The translations under genes were made by a program, and so were the position numbers. Under the pieces are notes generated by a model, which saw only the letters and a program-made list of their open reading frames with translations, was not told the origin of the DNA and did no database searches. Source: a bacterium (GTDB lineage: Bacteria; SAR324; NAC60-12). From it: a stretch of 64,000 nucleotides of DNA. Shown one piece after another: positions 51,714 through 63,789 of this stretch. The stretch is taken from assembly GCA_965205865.1 (NCBI GenBank), contig CBDBHR010000026.1, positions 64,001 through 128,000 on the forward strand, in the 5' to 3' direction. Each line of letters begins with the position of its first letter. Position 1 is the stretch's first letter.

Positions 51714-52442
51714 ATGGCATCCATGCGCTCTTCCGAATTCCGGTTAAAAGACTGGCTTCTGGTCAAATCCTTGGTCTGGATGATTCGCGGGACTGGTTGG
51801 ACCTCAAAAACCGTCCACTTGAATGAAAAATTCGTCGATTCACTCAAGGGAAATTATATACTCGCCACTTGGCACCAGAATATTTATTTCAGCTGCTGGC
51901 TTTTAAAAAATCGGAAATACGGTTCCATGATCAGCAAGAGTCGAGATGGTGAAATGATCACAAGGGTGGTGGAGCATTTTTCCTTTGTTCCGATTCGAGG
52001 CTCCTCTTCCAATGGGGGTCCCTGGGCTCTTCGTGAGATGGTTTCTTATCTCAAAGGTCCTTTGCCCGCCGCCATCACTCCCGATGGCCCTCTTGGTCCC
52101 CGTGGCAAAGTGCAACCCGGAGTCATTATGATTGCCAAAAAGAGTGGTATGCCAATCATTCCCTGGTGTTATGATGCCATCGATCAGTGGACTGTCTACA
52201 ATAGCTGGGATCGTCACAAAATCCCGAAACCCTTCACCATCGCCGTCAGTGCCTTTGGCCCTCCGTTTTATGTTCCCGCTACGCTCAGGGGAGAAGAAAT
52301 CAAGGATTATTGCGATAAATTGGGGCAAGCCATGAGCGATCTCCAAAAGCAAGTCACTGCCGAAAAAAAAAGGCTGAAACAAGCAAGAGCACACCGCTTT
52401 CTCGACAAGCTTCGCTTGTGGTGGCCTTTAAAAAATCAATAA
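51714..52442 (+). CDS. DUF374 lysophospholipid acyltransferase family protein
   Basis: ATWH, MISKSRDGE, IRGSSS.GG, ITPDGPLGP, SWDRH.IPKPF. Confidence 0.88.
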   Translation: MASMRSSEFRLKDWLLVKSLVWMIRGTGWTSKTVHLNEKFVDSLKGNYILATWHQNIYFSCWLLKNRKYGSMISKSRDGEMITRVVEHFSFVPIRGSSSNGGPWALREMVSYLKGPLPAAITPDGPLGPRGKVQPGVIMIAKKSGMPIIPWCYDAIDQWTVYNSWDRHKIPKPFTIAVSAFGPPFYVPATLRGEEIKDYCDKLGQAMSDLQKQVTAEKKRLKQARAHRFLDKLRLWWPLKNQ

Positions 52443-52451
52443 AAAAGTCAG

Positions 52452-54527
52452 TTACTCGTCCATTGGGAGTTGGCTCTCTGCAATCACTTTCTGTTCATAG
52501 TCGCGTGGCATTTCTTCATAGTGACTGAACTCTTCGGAATGAATCCCTCTCCCTCCTGTCAAGGAGCGTAGGGTGGTCGCATAGTAATGCAATTCGGCTT
52601 GTGGCACCTGGGCTTTGACCACCTGCGTTCGTCCTTTGGAGTCCATCCCCAGTATTTTTCCACGACGACTGGAGATATCGCCCATCACGTCGCCCATGGA
52701 ATCTTCCGGTATTGTGACTTCGATATTGTAAATAGGCTCCAGCAAACAGGGTTTGGCTTCCTTGAAGGCTTCCTTCAAAGCTTGTTTTCCCGCTATTTGA
52801 AACGCGACGTCCTTGGAATCGACCGGGTGTTGTTTCCCATCGTAAAAATCCACTTTCAGATCCACCGCTCGATAACCAGCGATAATGCCTTCTTCGCAGG
52901 CAGCCATCACCCCCTTTTCGACGGAGGGCACGAAAATTCGGTCAACGTTCTGTCCCACCAACGATTGCATAAACTCCACTCCTTCACCCCTTTCTTTGGG
53001 TTCAATGCGCATCCAGACTTCGGCAAACTGCCCTGCTCCTCCGGTTTGCTTCTTGTGACGATACTTGGATCCCCCGTTGGTGCGAATGGTTTCCCGGAAA
53101 GGGATTTTGGGCTTATGCAGCTCAATTTCCACTTTGAAGCGACTCTTCAAACGATCGGTAATCACTTGTAAATGCAGCTCTCCCTGACCTGAAATAATGG
53201 TCTGGCGCAATTCGGAGTCGACGTGATAAATGAAAGTGGGATCTTCTTCATGCAGGGTTCCCAGACCCATGGCGATCTTCTCTTCTTCTCCCTTGGATTT
53301 GGGCTTCAAAGAAGCGTGAATATTGGGTTTGGGGTATTCCACCGGAAGCAGGGTTACGACGTTTTTAGCCCCGCAAAGTGTTTCATTGGTGTGGGTGTCC
53401 TTCAATTTTACTACCGCCCCTATATCCCCGCTGTTCAGGTTTTTCGCACTTTCTCGTTCCTTGCCATTGAGTAGATACACTTGCCCGATACGTTCGTTGA
53501 TCTTCCTGGCACTGTTGTAAACATCCATGCCGGAAGTGATAGTTCCTGAATAGATACGGAAAAAAGACATCTCTCCCAAATGAGCTTCACTGAGCGTCTT
53601 GAATACGTACATAACGGGATCAGTATCCGTCAAAGCAACATCCAATTCGTTCCCATCCGCATCCACCGCTTTCACGTGAGCACGGTCCTGTGGAGAAGGC
53701 GCATACTCCGCAATGAAATCCATCAATCCTCTCACCCCGATATTGCTCTCTGCAGAAGCGCAGAAAAGGGGAACAAAGGATTGATTTCGCACGGCAGTAT
53801 GAATGCCTGCTCGCATTTCTTCCTCTGTCAAACCTTTCTCGAAAAATTTCTCCAAAAGTGTGTCATCGGACTCCGCCACATATTCGATCAGGTCCTGATG
53901 CATCTGTTCCACTCGCTCTCGCCACTCTCCCGCCGCAGGTCTCTTTTCCCGTAGACCGCTACCATCCGTTTGATAGTCGCAAACATTGCCGGCTATTACG
54001 TCCAATATCTGATTGAAGCCAAGTCCTGCATTGATGGGGGTATTCATAGGAAACAGGTTGTTTCCGAATCGTTCCTTGACTTGGTCCAACACATTGTCGA
54101 AATTGGCATATTCCCTATCGAGACCATTGATCACCAGAATTTTGGGAATCTCGAAATTTGTGGCATAATTCCAAACCTGATCCGTGCCCACTTCCACTCC
54201 CTGAACCGCATCGACGACAACCAGGGCAAAGTCGCCCACCCGGAGTGCTCCCAGACTCTCGCTAATAAAATCGGAATATCCCGGAGTGTCGATGATGTTG
54301 AACTTTTTCCCTGCCCAGACGGTGTGCAGCAAAGACGCATGGATAGAGATTTGACGCGCTTGTTCATCTTCATGGTAGTCTGAAACGGTGTTCCCATTCG
54401 CAATACTGCCCAAGCGGTTGATCACGTCGCTGCAAACCAGCATCGCCTCACTCAGCATCGTCTTCCCCGAACCTCCATGGCCCACAATAGCAAAATTTCT
54501 AATATCAGCGGATTGATATTCTTTCAT
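52452..54527 (-). CDS. fusA: Elongation factor G paralogue
   Basis: Full five-domain EF-G: GHGGSGKT, DTPG, EEDPT, GQGELHL, KKQTGGAGQF, LLEPI. Confidence 0.93.
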   Translation of the reverse strand: MKEYQSADIRNFAIVGHGGSGKTMLSEAMLVCSDVINRLGSIANGNTVSDYHEDEQARQISIHASLLHTVWAGKKFNIIDTPGYSDFISESLGALRVGDFALVVVDAVQGVEVGTDQVWNYATNFEIPKILVINGLDREYANFDNVLDQVKERFGNNLFPMNTPINAGLGFNQILDVIAGNVCDYQTDGSGLREKRPAAGEWRERVEQMHQDLIEYVAESDDTLLEKFFEKGLTEEEMRAGIHTAVRNQSFVPLFCASAESNIGVRGLMDFIAEYAPSPQDRAHVKAVDADGNELDVALTDTDPVMYVFKTLSEAHLGEMSFFRIYSGTITSGMDVYNSARKINERIGQVYLLNGKERESAKNLNSGDIGAVVKLKDTHTNETLCGAKNVVTLLPVEYPKPNIHASLKPKSKGEEEKIAMGLGTLHEEDPTFIYHVDSELRQTIISGQGELHLQVITDRLKSRFKVEIELHKPKIPFRETIRTNGGSKYRHKKQTGGAGQFAEVWMRIEPKERGEGVEFMQSLVGQNVDRIFVPSVEKGVMAACEEGIIAGYRAVDLKVDFYDGKQHPVDSKDVAFQIAGKQALKEAFKEAKPCLLEPIYNIEVTIPEDSMGDVMGDISSRRGKILGMDSKGRTQVVKAQVPQAELHYYATTLRSLTGGRGIHSEEFSHYEEMPRDYEQKVIAESQLPMDE

Positions 54528-55110
54528 GGATTTAACCTCTTGCTCTTAGTATTTCCAATTGACAATAAAATCAGGAGAGCCAATAGGTTGCAATCGCTCT
54601 TCTTGACACCCGAATTCCCCAGTCCAATCAAGAAGGCGCATTCCCTTACGATGTGCTGGATCGACAGCCTGATTTTGCTCTCCAAAATAGCTTTCTACCA
54701 ATGACAATTTCCATGCGACATTAGAAACAAACAAGGAATATGGACTGGTTCCCTATCACCGTATTTTAAACGATGACCCACTCACATTTCATCTGAAAAT
54801 TGGTATCGCTTATGAAATAGCCGAACATTATTACGTTGTCCTTCAATTATCAATTTATTTATTTGATATCGCCACCTGTCCGCATTCGGTCTTGCGGAAA
54901 AGCGTAAAAAATAAAATATGCGGTTGTCGACCCTTTGTTTTTAAAATATTCATTGTTTCTCAAATTTCTTTCGTTCCGGACTTTATTCTTTGCTGAAACC
55001 GGGATAAATTCTCTATCAATAAACATCCGGGCACACATCCATACAATTCCTTTCAACCCCGATAACCAGACGGTCCCCGGAGAAGGGAGCGAGCAACTTG
55101 AGGAATCAGC

Positions 55111-58100
55111 ATGCCCAAACGAACAGACATCCAATCGATATTGATTATCGGGTCAGGTCCCATCGTGATTGGGCAGGCCTGTGAATTCGATTACAGCGGC
55201 ACTCAAGCTTGCAAGGCATTGAAGGAAGAAGGATATCGCATCATTCTGATCAACAGCAACCCCGCCACCATCATGACGGATCCGAATTTGGTCGATGCGA
55301 CTTACATCGAGCCAATAACCGTTGACGCTCTGGAGGCCATTATCCAAAAAGAAAAGCCCGATGCCATTCTCCCCACCATGGGAGGGCAGACCGCTTTGAA
55401 CATGGCCATGGCGCTTCACCATGCCGGGATCCTGAAAAAATATCAGGTCGAATTGATCGGCGCCAAGGTACCTGCCATCCATAAAGCAGAAAACCGGGAA
55501 GCTTTCCGGAAAGCCATGAAAAACCTGGATATCCGCATGCCTGCAAGCCGGATCGTGCACTCGCTGGAAGAAGCGAGGCAAGTTGAAAAGGAGTTGGGGC
55601 TGCCTCTCATTATCCGCCCTTCGTTTACTTTGGGAGGCACCGGAAGTGGGATCGCGGAAACCAGTGAATCACTTGAAAAGATCGTATCCGGCGGTCTGTC
55701 CGTCTCTCCAACCCACGAGGTATTGGTCGAGGAATCGATTTTGGGCTGGAAAGAGTATGAATTGGAGGTGATGCGTGATTCCAAGGACAACGTAGTGATT
55801 ATCTGCTCCATCGAAAATTTTGACCCAATGGGGGTGCATACCGGAGACAGCATCACCGTGGCCCCCGCTCAAACACTAACTGATTCCGAGTACCAGCACA
55901 TGCGGAATCTGTCACTGCAAGTTATTCGTGAAATTGGAGTGGATACCGGTGGCTCAAACATTCAGTTTGCCGTCAATCCGGAAAATGGAGAAATCATTAT
56001 CATCGAAATGAATCCTCGGGTTTCCAGAAGCTCTGCACTGGCTTCCAAAGCCACAGGCTTTGCCATTGCCAAAATCGCAGCCAAATTGGCAGTGGGTTAC
56101 ACTTTGGACGAAATTCCCAATGACATCACAAAAAAAACGCCAGCTTCCTTCGAACCGACCATCGACTATGTAGTGACCAAAATCCCCCGCTTTGCTTTTG
56201 AAAAATTTCCACTGAGCGATACCAGTCTAACGACGCAAATGAAATCCGTAGGTGAAGTGATGGCCATCGGAAGAACATTCAAAGAATCGTTTCACAAAGC
56301 ACTGCGTTCTCTGGAAACAGGATCTGCGGGAATGGAACCCCGGGACTACAAAAACCGGGCGGCCGAAGAAATCGAAGCGCTGCTCGAACAACACTTGAGT
56401 TGTCCGACCAGTGAGCGGATTTGGTATCTGGCCGATGCGATACGTCGGGGATGGAGTGATGCAAAATTGTTTGCCTGCTCCAAAATTGATCCTTGGTTCC
56501 TGGGCCAAGTCCGAACGCTGGTCGAACAAGAACAACAGATAGCCGCTCTGTGCCTGCACGACCTCCAGCGTCCACAACTGCGCGCGTGGAAAGCAATGGG
56601 ATTCTCTGACTTGCGAATTGCTCAATTGCTGGACTGTTCTGAATCCCGGGTTTCTGACAAACGGAAAGCTTGGAACATCATCCCCGTCTTCAAGCACGTC
56701 GATACCTGTGCCGCAGAATTCCCTTCCGAAACACCATATTTTTATTCCACCTATGAAGAAGAGAATGAATCGATTCCCTCTCTGCGGAAAAAAGTCGTCA
56801 TTCTGGGCAGTGGTCCCAATCGCATCGGACAGGGAATCGAATTTGACTATTGCTGCGTGCATGCTGCTATTGCTGCTCGGGAAAAAGGATTCGAATCCAT
56901 CATGGTCAATTGCAATCCGGAGACGGTCAGTACCGATTATGACACTTCGGATCGCCTCTATTTTGAGCCGATCACTTTCGAAGACGTCATGCACATCGTC
57001 GAACTGGAAAAACCCTCAGGGGTGATTGTCCAGCTAGGGGGTCAAACTCCTTTGAAGCTGGCGAAGCAATTGCATGACGCTGGCGTGCCCTTGTTGGGGA
57101 CCTCATTCGAAAGCATCGACCGAGCAGAAGATCGCCAATTGTTTACCGAACTGCTCGATAAACTGAATTTACGGCAGCCTCCCAATGGCACCGCCTTTTC
57201 ATTGCGGGAGGCCTACAAAATTGGCCGCAGGATCGGTTATCCGATTCTGGTACGCCCTTCTTATGTCTTGGGAGGACGAGCCATGATGATTGTCGATTCG
57301 GAGGAGGAATTGGCGGGCTTTTTCCATGAAGCCGTCAAGGTATCTCCTCAACATCCCGTATTGATTGATAAATTCCTACTCAATGCCACCGAAATCGACG
57401 CGGATTTCCTGGCAGACGGGAAGCGAGTGGAATTGGGTGGCATCATGGAACATATCGAACAGGCGGGGATTCATTCAGGCGACAGTGCTTGCTCCCTGCC
57501 TCCTCATTCGTTGTCTCCGTCCATTTTAAAGGAAATCGAGCATCAGGGGCAGGCTGTGGGACGTGAACTGAATGTAGTTGGATTGATGAATATTCAATTT
57601 GCCGTCAAAGATGACAAAGTATACGTTATCGAGGTCAATCCCCGTGCCTCGCGCACCGTTCCATTTGTCAGCAAAGCCACTGGGCGACCACTGGCAAAAT
57701 ACGCCACCTATCTCATGCTCGGAGCATCGTTTGAGAGTCTCAACTTTTCCTACAAACCCCCTGCGACTTTCGCAGTCAAAGAAACGGTTTTTCCCTTTGC
57801 CAAATTTGCCGGAGCGGACACGGAGTTGGGACCTGAAATGAAATCAACCGGTGAAGTGATGGGTTGGGGAAACACCTTCGAAGAAGCCTACTTCAAAGCG
57901 CAACTTGCCGTTTTTCAAAAAATTCCTCCAAACGGCCACGTCTTCATTGGAGTGCTGGACAGGGACAAGCCAGCCATGATTCCACTGGCCAAAGAGCTGA
58001 CGACCCTGGGATTCTCCATCCTGGCCACACCCGGAACCCTGAAAATCCTCCGGCAGGGAGGTGTCCCTAACGCCAAAGTTGTTTCCATGGACATGGAAAG

Positions 58101-58320
58101 AGAGCAAAGTGTGTATGAATACATGTATCGTAACGAACTGGCCTTGGTGATCAACACCACCCATCCCCGCAAGCGTTTTGTAGACCATACGCATATACGA
58201 CGCATGACCCTGCTTTATAACTTGCCTTATTTTACGACGGTGCAAGGAGCATTGCATTTCGTACGCTCCATGAAAACCCAATACCAGCAGCACCTCACCT
58301 ACCGTGCTTTACAGTCATAG
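55111..58320 (+). CDS. carB: Carbamoyl-phosphate synthase large subunit
   Basis: [24 protein letters not shown], duplicated ATP-grasp domains, MGS domain. Confidence 0.98.
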   Translation: MPKRTDIQSILIIGSGPIVIGQACEFDYSGTQACKALKEEGYRIILINSNPATIMTDPNLVDATYIEPITVDALEAIIQKEKPDAILPTMGGQTALNMAMALHHAGILKKYQVELIGAKVPAIHKAENREAFRKAMKNLDIRMPASRIVHSLEEARQVEKELGLPLIIRPSFTLGGTGSGIAETSESLEKIVSGGLSVSPTHEVLVEESILGWKEYELEVMRDSKDNVVIICSIENFDPMGVHTGDSITVAPAQTLTDSEYQHMRNLSLQVIREIGVDTGGSNIQFAVNPENGEIIIIEMNPRVSRSSALASKATGFAIAKIAAKLAVGYTLDEIPNDITKKTPASFEPTIDYVVTKIPRFAFEKFPLSDTSLTTQMKSVGEVMAIGRTFKESFHKALRSLETGSAGMEPRDYKNRAAEEIEALLEQHLSCPTSERIWYLADAIRRGWSDAKLFACSKIDPWFLGQVRTLVEQEQQIAALCLHDLQRPQLRAWKAMGFSDLRIAQLLDCSESRVSDKRKAWNIIPVFKHVDTCAAEFPSETPYFYSTYEEENESIPSLRKKVVILGSGPNRIGQGIEFDYCCVHAAIAAREKGFESIMVNCNPETVSTDYDTSDRLYFEPITFEDVMHIVELEKPSGVIVQLGGQTPLKLAKQLHDAGVPLLGTSFESIDRAEDRQLFTELLDKLNLRQPPNGTAFSLREAYKIGRRIGYPILVRPSYVLGGRAMMIVDSEEELAGFFHEAVKVSPQHPVLIDKFLLNATEIDADFLADGKRVELGGIMEHIEQAGIHSGDSACSLPPHSLSPSILKEIEHQGQAVGRELNVVGLMNIQFAVKDDKVYVIEVNPRASRTVPFVSKATGRPLAKYATYLMLGASFESLNFSYKPPATFAVKETVFPFAKFAGADTELGPEMKSTGEVMGWGNTFEEAYFKAQLAVFQKIPPNGHVFIGVLDRDKPAMIPLAKELTTLGFSILATPGTLKILRQGGVPNAKVVSMDMEREQSVYEYMYRNELALVINTTHPRKRFVDHTHIRRMTLLYNLPYFTTVQGALHFVRSMKTQYQQHLTYRALQS

Positions 58321-58600
58321 TTCCTGCAAATTCAGTACTTCATTATTATTCCATTTCATGCCGGTTCCCCGCCTTTTTCAAGATTCAATGAATTCTTTTG
58401 GAGAATGAGACATGAATCCACTCCTTTGTCTTCACATCTTGGAAAAGATGATGTAAATCGGAGATATTGGAATTGATGCGATCCTTTTTAAATTTACGTC
58501 TTCGAGAAATCTCAATATACGAGCAAGGGTTTCCCATGGATATCCAATACAGCCCGCAGCAACACGATGTGCCGCGTCTGATTTTAATTCACGGAGTTCC

Positions 58601-59398
58601 ATGAGAATTTTTATTTGTCTCTCAGTCCTGTTCCTAAGCGCCGTTTGCAACTTTTCCCTCAGCTTGGGCCAGAACCTCCCGGATCTGCAAGGAAGAACGA
58701 TTGTTGCGGTCACGGAAAACGCATACGCGCCTCTCAATTTTGTCGATCCAAAAACCGGAGAAGGCATAGGATGGGAATATGACGCGGTGAACGAAATTGC
58801 AAAACGATTGAATGCCAAAGTGGATTGGAAACTTTCCAACTGGGATACGATGATTTCCGCAGTCCGCAATGGTCAATTCGATGTAGGGATGGACGGCATC
58901 ACCATCACTGAAGAAAGAAAAAAGCAGCTGGATTTTTCAGATCCGTATATGGCGTCACGGCAATTCATGCTGGTCCGCGCCGATGAGAGACGCTTTCAAA
59001 CTCCGCAGGAATTCAAAGCCAACGAAGAATTGCTGATTGGAGCGCAACCGGACACGACCAATTTTTATTTCGCCGTCTACGAAATATTGGATGGCAACCA
59101 ACAAAACAAACGGATTGTTTTGTTCGAATCATTTGGCGCCATCGTTCAAGCCCTCAGAGTAGGCGCCATCGATATGGTCTTGATGGATGCCACTTCCAGC
59201 CGAGGATATATGGGGGCCAATCCGGGGAGTTTCAAAATAGTAGGGGATCCCTTGCGTACTGAAGAATTTGGTTTCATATTTACACCCGGATCCGATTTGG
59301 TTGCTCCATTCAATGCAGCGCTTGCCTCTATGAAAGACGATGGATTTATCGAAAAACTGAATCAAAAATGGTTTTTTGAATACAAATCGAAAAACTGA
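58601..59398 (+). CDS. Polar amino acid ABC substrate-binding protein
   Basis: Signal peptide; [31 protein letters not shown]. Confidence 0.9.
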   Translation: MRIFICLSVLFLSAVCNFSLSLGQNLPDLQGRTIVAVTENAYAPLNFVDPKTGEGIGWEYDAVNEIAKRLNAKVDWKLSNWDTMISAVRNGQFDVGMDGITITEERKKQLDFSDPYMASRQFMLVRADERRFQTPQEFKANEELLIGAQPDTTNFYFAVYEILDGNQQNKRIVLFESFGAIVQALRVGAIDMVLMDATSSRGYMGANPGSFKIVGDPLRTEEFGFIFTPGSDLVAPFNAALASMKDDGFIEKLNQKWFFEYKSKN

Positions 59399-59473
59399 AC
59401 CCTAATCCGTGCCTTGGAACAACGATTGGTTCAGCATCGATGGTAGCCGCGTAGTTTTAACCACCAGGGTCGT

Positions 59474-60967
59474 CTAATCCCCTGCCCAATGACGGGAACG
59501 TTCCACTGCTTTTTTCCATCCGGCAATTAGAGATACAACTTGTTGGGGTTCCATCTTGGGAAGAAAATCGGAGTTTTTCTCACGGATTTGTTCGAGTTCT
59601 TGTTGATGCTTCCAGACGCCAGCGGCCAACCCCGCAAGATACGCGGCACCCATCGCGGTGGTTTCAATGATTGCCGGCCGATTCACAGTGATGCCCAGTA
59701 TATCCGCTTGAAACTGGCAAAGGAAGTCGTTACGACATGCGCCTCCATCGACCCGCAAGGTGCTAATTTTTTGCCCGGTATCTTGTTCCATACAATGCGC
59801 GATATCGTAACTTTGATAACAAATAGCCTCCAAGGCCGCCCGCACTATGTGATTTTTATCAACACTTCGAGTCAATCCCACAATGGTTCCGCGCGCATAA
59901 GCGTCCCAAAAAGGCGCTCCTAAACCAACAAAGGCAGGCACGATATAAACCCCCTGGGTGTCTGAAACCGACCGGGCCATGGTTTCAGATTCCCGAGCAT
60001 CCTTAAAAAGACCCAATCCATCCCGCAGCCATTGGATCAGGGCTCCTGCGATGAAAACAGATCCTTCCAGGGCATAAGTGACTTGATCTCCAATCTTCCA
60101 CGCAACCGTTGTTAAAAGTCCATGCTCAGAGCGGGCCGCCCGGCTTCCGGTGTTGAGCAGCATGAAACAACCAGTACCGTAAGTATTCTTCACCATCCCC
60201 GGGGAAAAGCAGGCCTGGCCGAATAAAGATGCATGCTGATCGCCGGCAACACCGGCAATCAGAATCTCACTGCCCAGTAACGAATCATCCGTCGTCCCCA
60301 ACACGCCACTGGATGCAACCACTTGTGGCAGCGCAGAAAACGGGATTTCAAATTTACTCAGAATTTCCTCATCCCATCGCTGCTCATGGATATTAAAAAC
60401 CATGGTGCGTGAAGCATTGGTGATGTCCGTTGCAAACACCTTCCCTTTTGTCAGTTTCCAAATAAGCCAGGCATCCACGGTTCCCAGTGCGAGTTGATCC
60501 TTTTGAGCCAAATAAGCCACTTGCGCATTGTTTTTCAACAGCCAACGCATTTTGGTTCCGGAAAAATATGCGTCCGTGACTAACCCGGTTTTTTCTTGCA
60601 GAACTTGATCGAATCCTTCCTTTTTAAGCGCTTCACAATAATCAGCCGTACGACGGCATTGCCAGACGATGGCATTTTGCACCGGTTCCCCCGTCGATTT
60701 ATCCCAGGCAATTACAGTTTCTCTTTGATTGCTGATGCCGATGGCATGGACTTCGGACATGGCAATGCCTGCTTTTTTGACAACAGCCTGCATGGTGGCG
60801 AACTGAGTTTCCCAAAGATCCAGCGGATCCTGCTCCACCCATCCGTCTTGTGGATAATGACAGTCAAATTCCGCACTCGCGCTGGCAAGGAGATGACCAT
60901 CTTCCTCAATCAACAAACTTCTGGAACTGGTGGTTCCCTGATCCAGAGCCATGATAATTTTTGACAT
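59474..60967 (-). CDS. glpK: Glycerol kinase
   Basis: ALDQGTTSSR, NQRET, YFSGTK, GDQH, KNTYGTGCF, YALEGS, VDGG. Confidence 0.97.
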   Translation of the reverse strand: MSKIIMALDQGTTSSRSLLIEEDGHLLASASAEFDCHYPQDGWVEQDPLDLWETQFATMQAVVKKAGIAMSEVHAIGISNQRETVIAWDKSTGEPVQNAIVWQCRRTADYCEALKKEGFDQVLQEKTGLVTDAYFSGTKMRWLLKNNAQVAYLAQKDQLALGTVDAWLIWKLTKGKVFATDITNASRTMVFNIHEQRWDEEILSKFEIPFSALPQVVASSGVLGTTDDSLLGSEILIAGVAGDQHASLFGQACFSPGMVKNTYGTGCFMLLNTGSRAARSEHGLLTTVAWKIGDQVTYALEGSVFIAGALIQWLRDGLGLFKDARESETMARSVSDTQGVYIVPAFVGLGAPFWDAYARGTIVGLTRSVDKNHIVRAALEAICYQSYDIAHCMEQDTGQKISTLRVDGGACRNDFLCQFQADILGITVNRPAIIETTAMGAAYLAGLAAGVWKHQQELEQIREKNSDFLPKMEPQQVVSLIAGWKKAVERSRHWAGD

Positions 60968-61150
60968 GATCGTCTCCTGATAAAATACGGGAAAGGCATG
61001 AACTCAAACGAACGTGGAATTTCTTGAATATTTCCTCCGGGAACCAAGAACCTGTTTAAAAATAATTTGAAAACTATTTTTCTTGCTGTCCGACTCGCCT
61101 GTCGAGTCTGAAATCGAGCATCCAGCTGTCACTCCTCTAAAAATAAAGGG

Positions 61151-62656
61151 TTAAAAATCGTTTGCTGCCAGTGTTTGCGCCAGTCGTATTTTCCAGCGTT
61201 GATAGGCGTTTTGATATGCCTGTCTTTTGGAAGTGTCAGGATCAATGACTTGCAAAACGCGTAGACCCCGCAAGGCATCGGCAACGTTTTTGTAAATGCC
61301 GGCGCCAAAGCCTGCAGCTCGGGCTGCACCCTGGGCGCCGTCGGTATCATATAGTTCAACCCGGACGCCGGTGAGTGTCGCAAATGCCTCACAGAAAAGA
61401 GGACTGAGAAATAAGTTGGCCTTACCGGCTCGTACGGTCAGAGTCTTGATCCCCATGCTCCGCATCATCTGCAGTCCATCTTGCAGGGCGAAAACGATTC
61501 CTTCTTTCGCTGCTCGAAGCACATGCGCCCGTGTATGGATGTTGAAATCGATCCCGTCGAACCGTGCCCCGGGGTTTTGATTTTCCAGTGTCCGTTCGGC
61601 GCCGTTTCCAAAGGGCAGGAGAGACAAACCCTCGGCGCCAATGGGCACCGTTGCCGCGAGGTGGTTCATCTCGGGGTAGTCTGCCACTGCCCACATGAAG
61701 TTGTGCTTGAGCCAACTATAAAGGCTTCCCGTACCGTTGATGCAGAGAAGTATACCGTAGCGGGGACGATTGGCGTGGTGGTTTACATGTACAAAAGTAT
61801 TGACCCGTGAGCGGTCGTCGCTGAGGAGCCTATCGCTCACGCCATATACCACGCCTGAGGTCCCTGCGGTAGTAGCAATTTCACCAGGCTCTAACACGTT
61901 GAGGGAAAAGGCGTTGTTGGGTTGATCCCCGCCGCGATAGGTCAGCGGCGTTCCGACCGGCAAGCCCAGTTCTACTGCAGCGTCAGGGCGCAGCTGTCCC
62001 TGTTCCGAGAAATTGTCGACAAGAGCTGGAATGAACTCGGCCGGAACACCATAATGTTCCAGGAGTATATGGGCCAATCCTTGATGCCGGTAATCCCACA
62101 ATATACCCTCCGAGAGACCTGCAGGCGTTGTCAAGACCCGGCCGGTCATTTTCAAAGCGACGTAGTCTCCCGGTAGCATGGCCTTGTAGACTCTGGCATA
62201 AGTATGTGGTTCGTTCTCCTTGACCCACTTGAGCTTCGAGGCAGTAAAATTACCTGGCGAGTTGAGCAAGTGTTTGAAACAGGTTTGCGGACCAATCGCT
62301 TCGAAAGCCTGTTGGCCAATCTCTACTGCCCGACTGTCGCACCAAATGACGGCGGGACGGAGAACCTTCAGGGCCCGGTCGACGAGCACCAGACCGTGCA
62401 TTTGATATGACAGACCAAGGGCCTTCACTTGCCTGAGATCAATGCCGTCCTGGCTTGCCAGACAACGGGTTGACTCCACCATATGTAGCCACCAGACCTC
62501 CGGATCTTGCTCAGCCCACCCGGGTTTCGGCGCCTGAATCGACAACTCTGTTCGTGGAGAGGTGGCTGACGCCAGCAGCCTGCCAGTGTCCACCTCAATC
62601 AACGCCGCTTTTATGGCAGAACTGCCTATATCGTATCCAAGTACATACTGCGTCAT
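61151..62656 (-). CDS. xylB: FGGY carbohydrate kinase, probably xylulokinase
   Basis: GYDIGSS, YQMHGLV, WCDSRA, GNFTASKL, GDQPNNA, GNGAER. Confidence 0.85.
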   Translation of the reverse strand: MTQYVLGYDIGSSAIKAALIEVDTGRLLASATSPRTELSIQAPKPGWAEQDPEVWWLHMVESTRCLASQDGIDLRQVKALGLSYQMHGLVLVDRALKVLRPAVIWCDSRAVEIGQQAFEAIGPQTCFKHLLNSPGNFTASKLKWVKENEPHTYARVYKAMLPGDYVALKMTGRVLTTPAGLSEGILWDYRHQGLAHILLEHYGVPAEFIPALVDNFSEQGQLRPDAAVELGLPVGTPLTYRGGDQPNNAFSLNVLEPGEIATTAGTSGVVYGVSDRLLSDDRSRVNTFVHVNHHANRPRYGILLCINGTGSLYSWLKHNFMWAVADYPEMNHLAATVPIGAEGLSLLPFGNGAERTLENQNPGARFDGIDFNIHTRAHVLRAAKEGIVFALQDGLQMMRSMGIKTLTVRAGKANLFLSPLFCEAFATLTGVRVELYDTDGAQGAARAAGFGAGIYKNVADALRGLRVLQVIDPDTSKRQAYQNAYQRWKIRLAQTLAANDF

Positions 62657-62881
62657 GTCGGACCTCCGGAAATTCTTCTGTCTGTATCTGAAAAGGGAAC
62701 ATAAAAATGGCTTTGTCGTTTTTTTGAATTTTTCATTCTATAAAATCCTCATGCAGCCTTTTTTTAGATTGTTGCTGTTTTTGAACGGATCGCTTGCAGT
62801 GAATTGACTGGAAATGCCATGGTAATCTGTTGATAAGGTGTCTAACAAATATCACCGGAGAGGTCAAGTATCTGAAAATGT

Positions 62882-63745
62882 TTGAAAACCATGCAAAGGT
62901 TCAAGTCAATGAGTCCAATTTTATTCAAGGTCATGACCCCGCATGAGGCCATCAGGCACGCCTTCGGGCTGGATTTGCCCATCCATGTCCAGTATGGACG
63001 GTGGGTTGCCGGATTGCTGAGGGGGGACCTGGGGGAATCCTTATGGTCCGGGAGATCGGTACTGGAGAGCATCCTGACTAAGCTGCCCGTCTCCCTGGAA
63101 GTGGGCCTCCTGGCAATTGTGGTTTCTTTAGCCATTGCCCTCCCGGTGGGGGTCGTCTCGGGTATGCGGCCGGAATCGGGGCTGGATTATTTTTTACGAA
63201 GCATTGCCATCTTGTTCATTTGTATCCCCAGTTTTTGGCTGGGGACGGCTATCGTCGTCTATCCGGCCATCTGGTGGTACTGGTCTCCCCGGACCACGTG
63301 GATTTCTTTCTTTGAAGACCCCGTGGAAAACCTGGTGATGTTCATCGTCCCGGCCATTGTGCTGGGAATGTGGCTCTCCGGGATGACCATGCGTTTGACG
63401 CGCAACATGATGCTGGAGGTACTCCGCAGGGATTATGTCCGGACGGCCTGGGCCAAGGGACTTCGGGAGTGGGTCATTATTCTGCGGCATGTGCTGAAGA
63501 ATTCATTGATCCCGGTGATCACGATGATCGGCCTGCAACTCCCTGTTGTGATTGGGGGGGCCGTTGTGGTGGAGTATATCTTCAATCTCCCGGGATTGGG
63601 GTCGTTCTTAGTGAGTGCGATCAATACCCGGGACTACCCTGTCATTACGGGAGTCAATATCTTTCTGGCAGCCTTTGTCTTGCTGATCAATTTAGCGGTC
63701 GACATCAGCTACGCCTGGTTCGACCCACGGATTCATTATAGTTAG
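62882..63745 (+). CDS. DppB/OppB-like permease, apparently lacking its first TM helix
   Basis: GDLGESLW, RNMMLEVLRRDYVRTAWAKGL, DPRIHY; close paralogue of 5975-6922 without the YIIRRLL N-terminus. Confidence 0.85.
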   Translation: MKTMQRFKSMSPILFKVMTPHEAIRHAFGLDLPIHVQYGRWVAGLLRGDLGESLWSGRSVLESILTKLPVSLEVGLLAIVVSLAIALPVGVVSGMRPESGLDYFLRSIAILFICIPSFWLGTAIVVYPAIWWYWSPRTTWISFFEDPVENLVMFIVPAIVLGMWLSGMTMRLTRNMMLEVLRRDYVRTAWAKGLREWVIILRHVLKNSLIPVITMIGLQLPVVIGGAVVVEYIFNLPGLGSFLVSAINTRDYPVITGVNIFLAAFVLLINLAVDISYAWFDPRIHYS

Positions 63746-63789
63746 TGTTTTAATATTCACATACGCCACTGTTTAAAAACACATAAACC

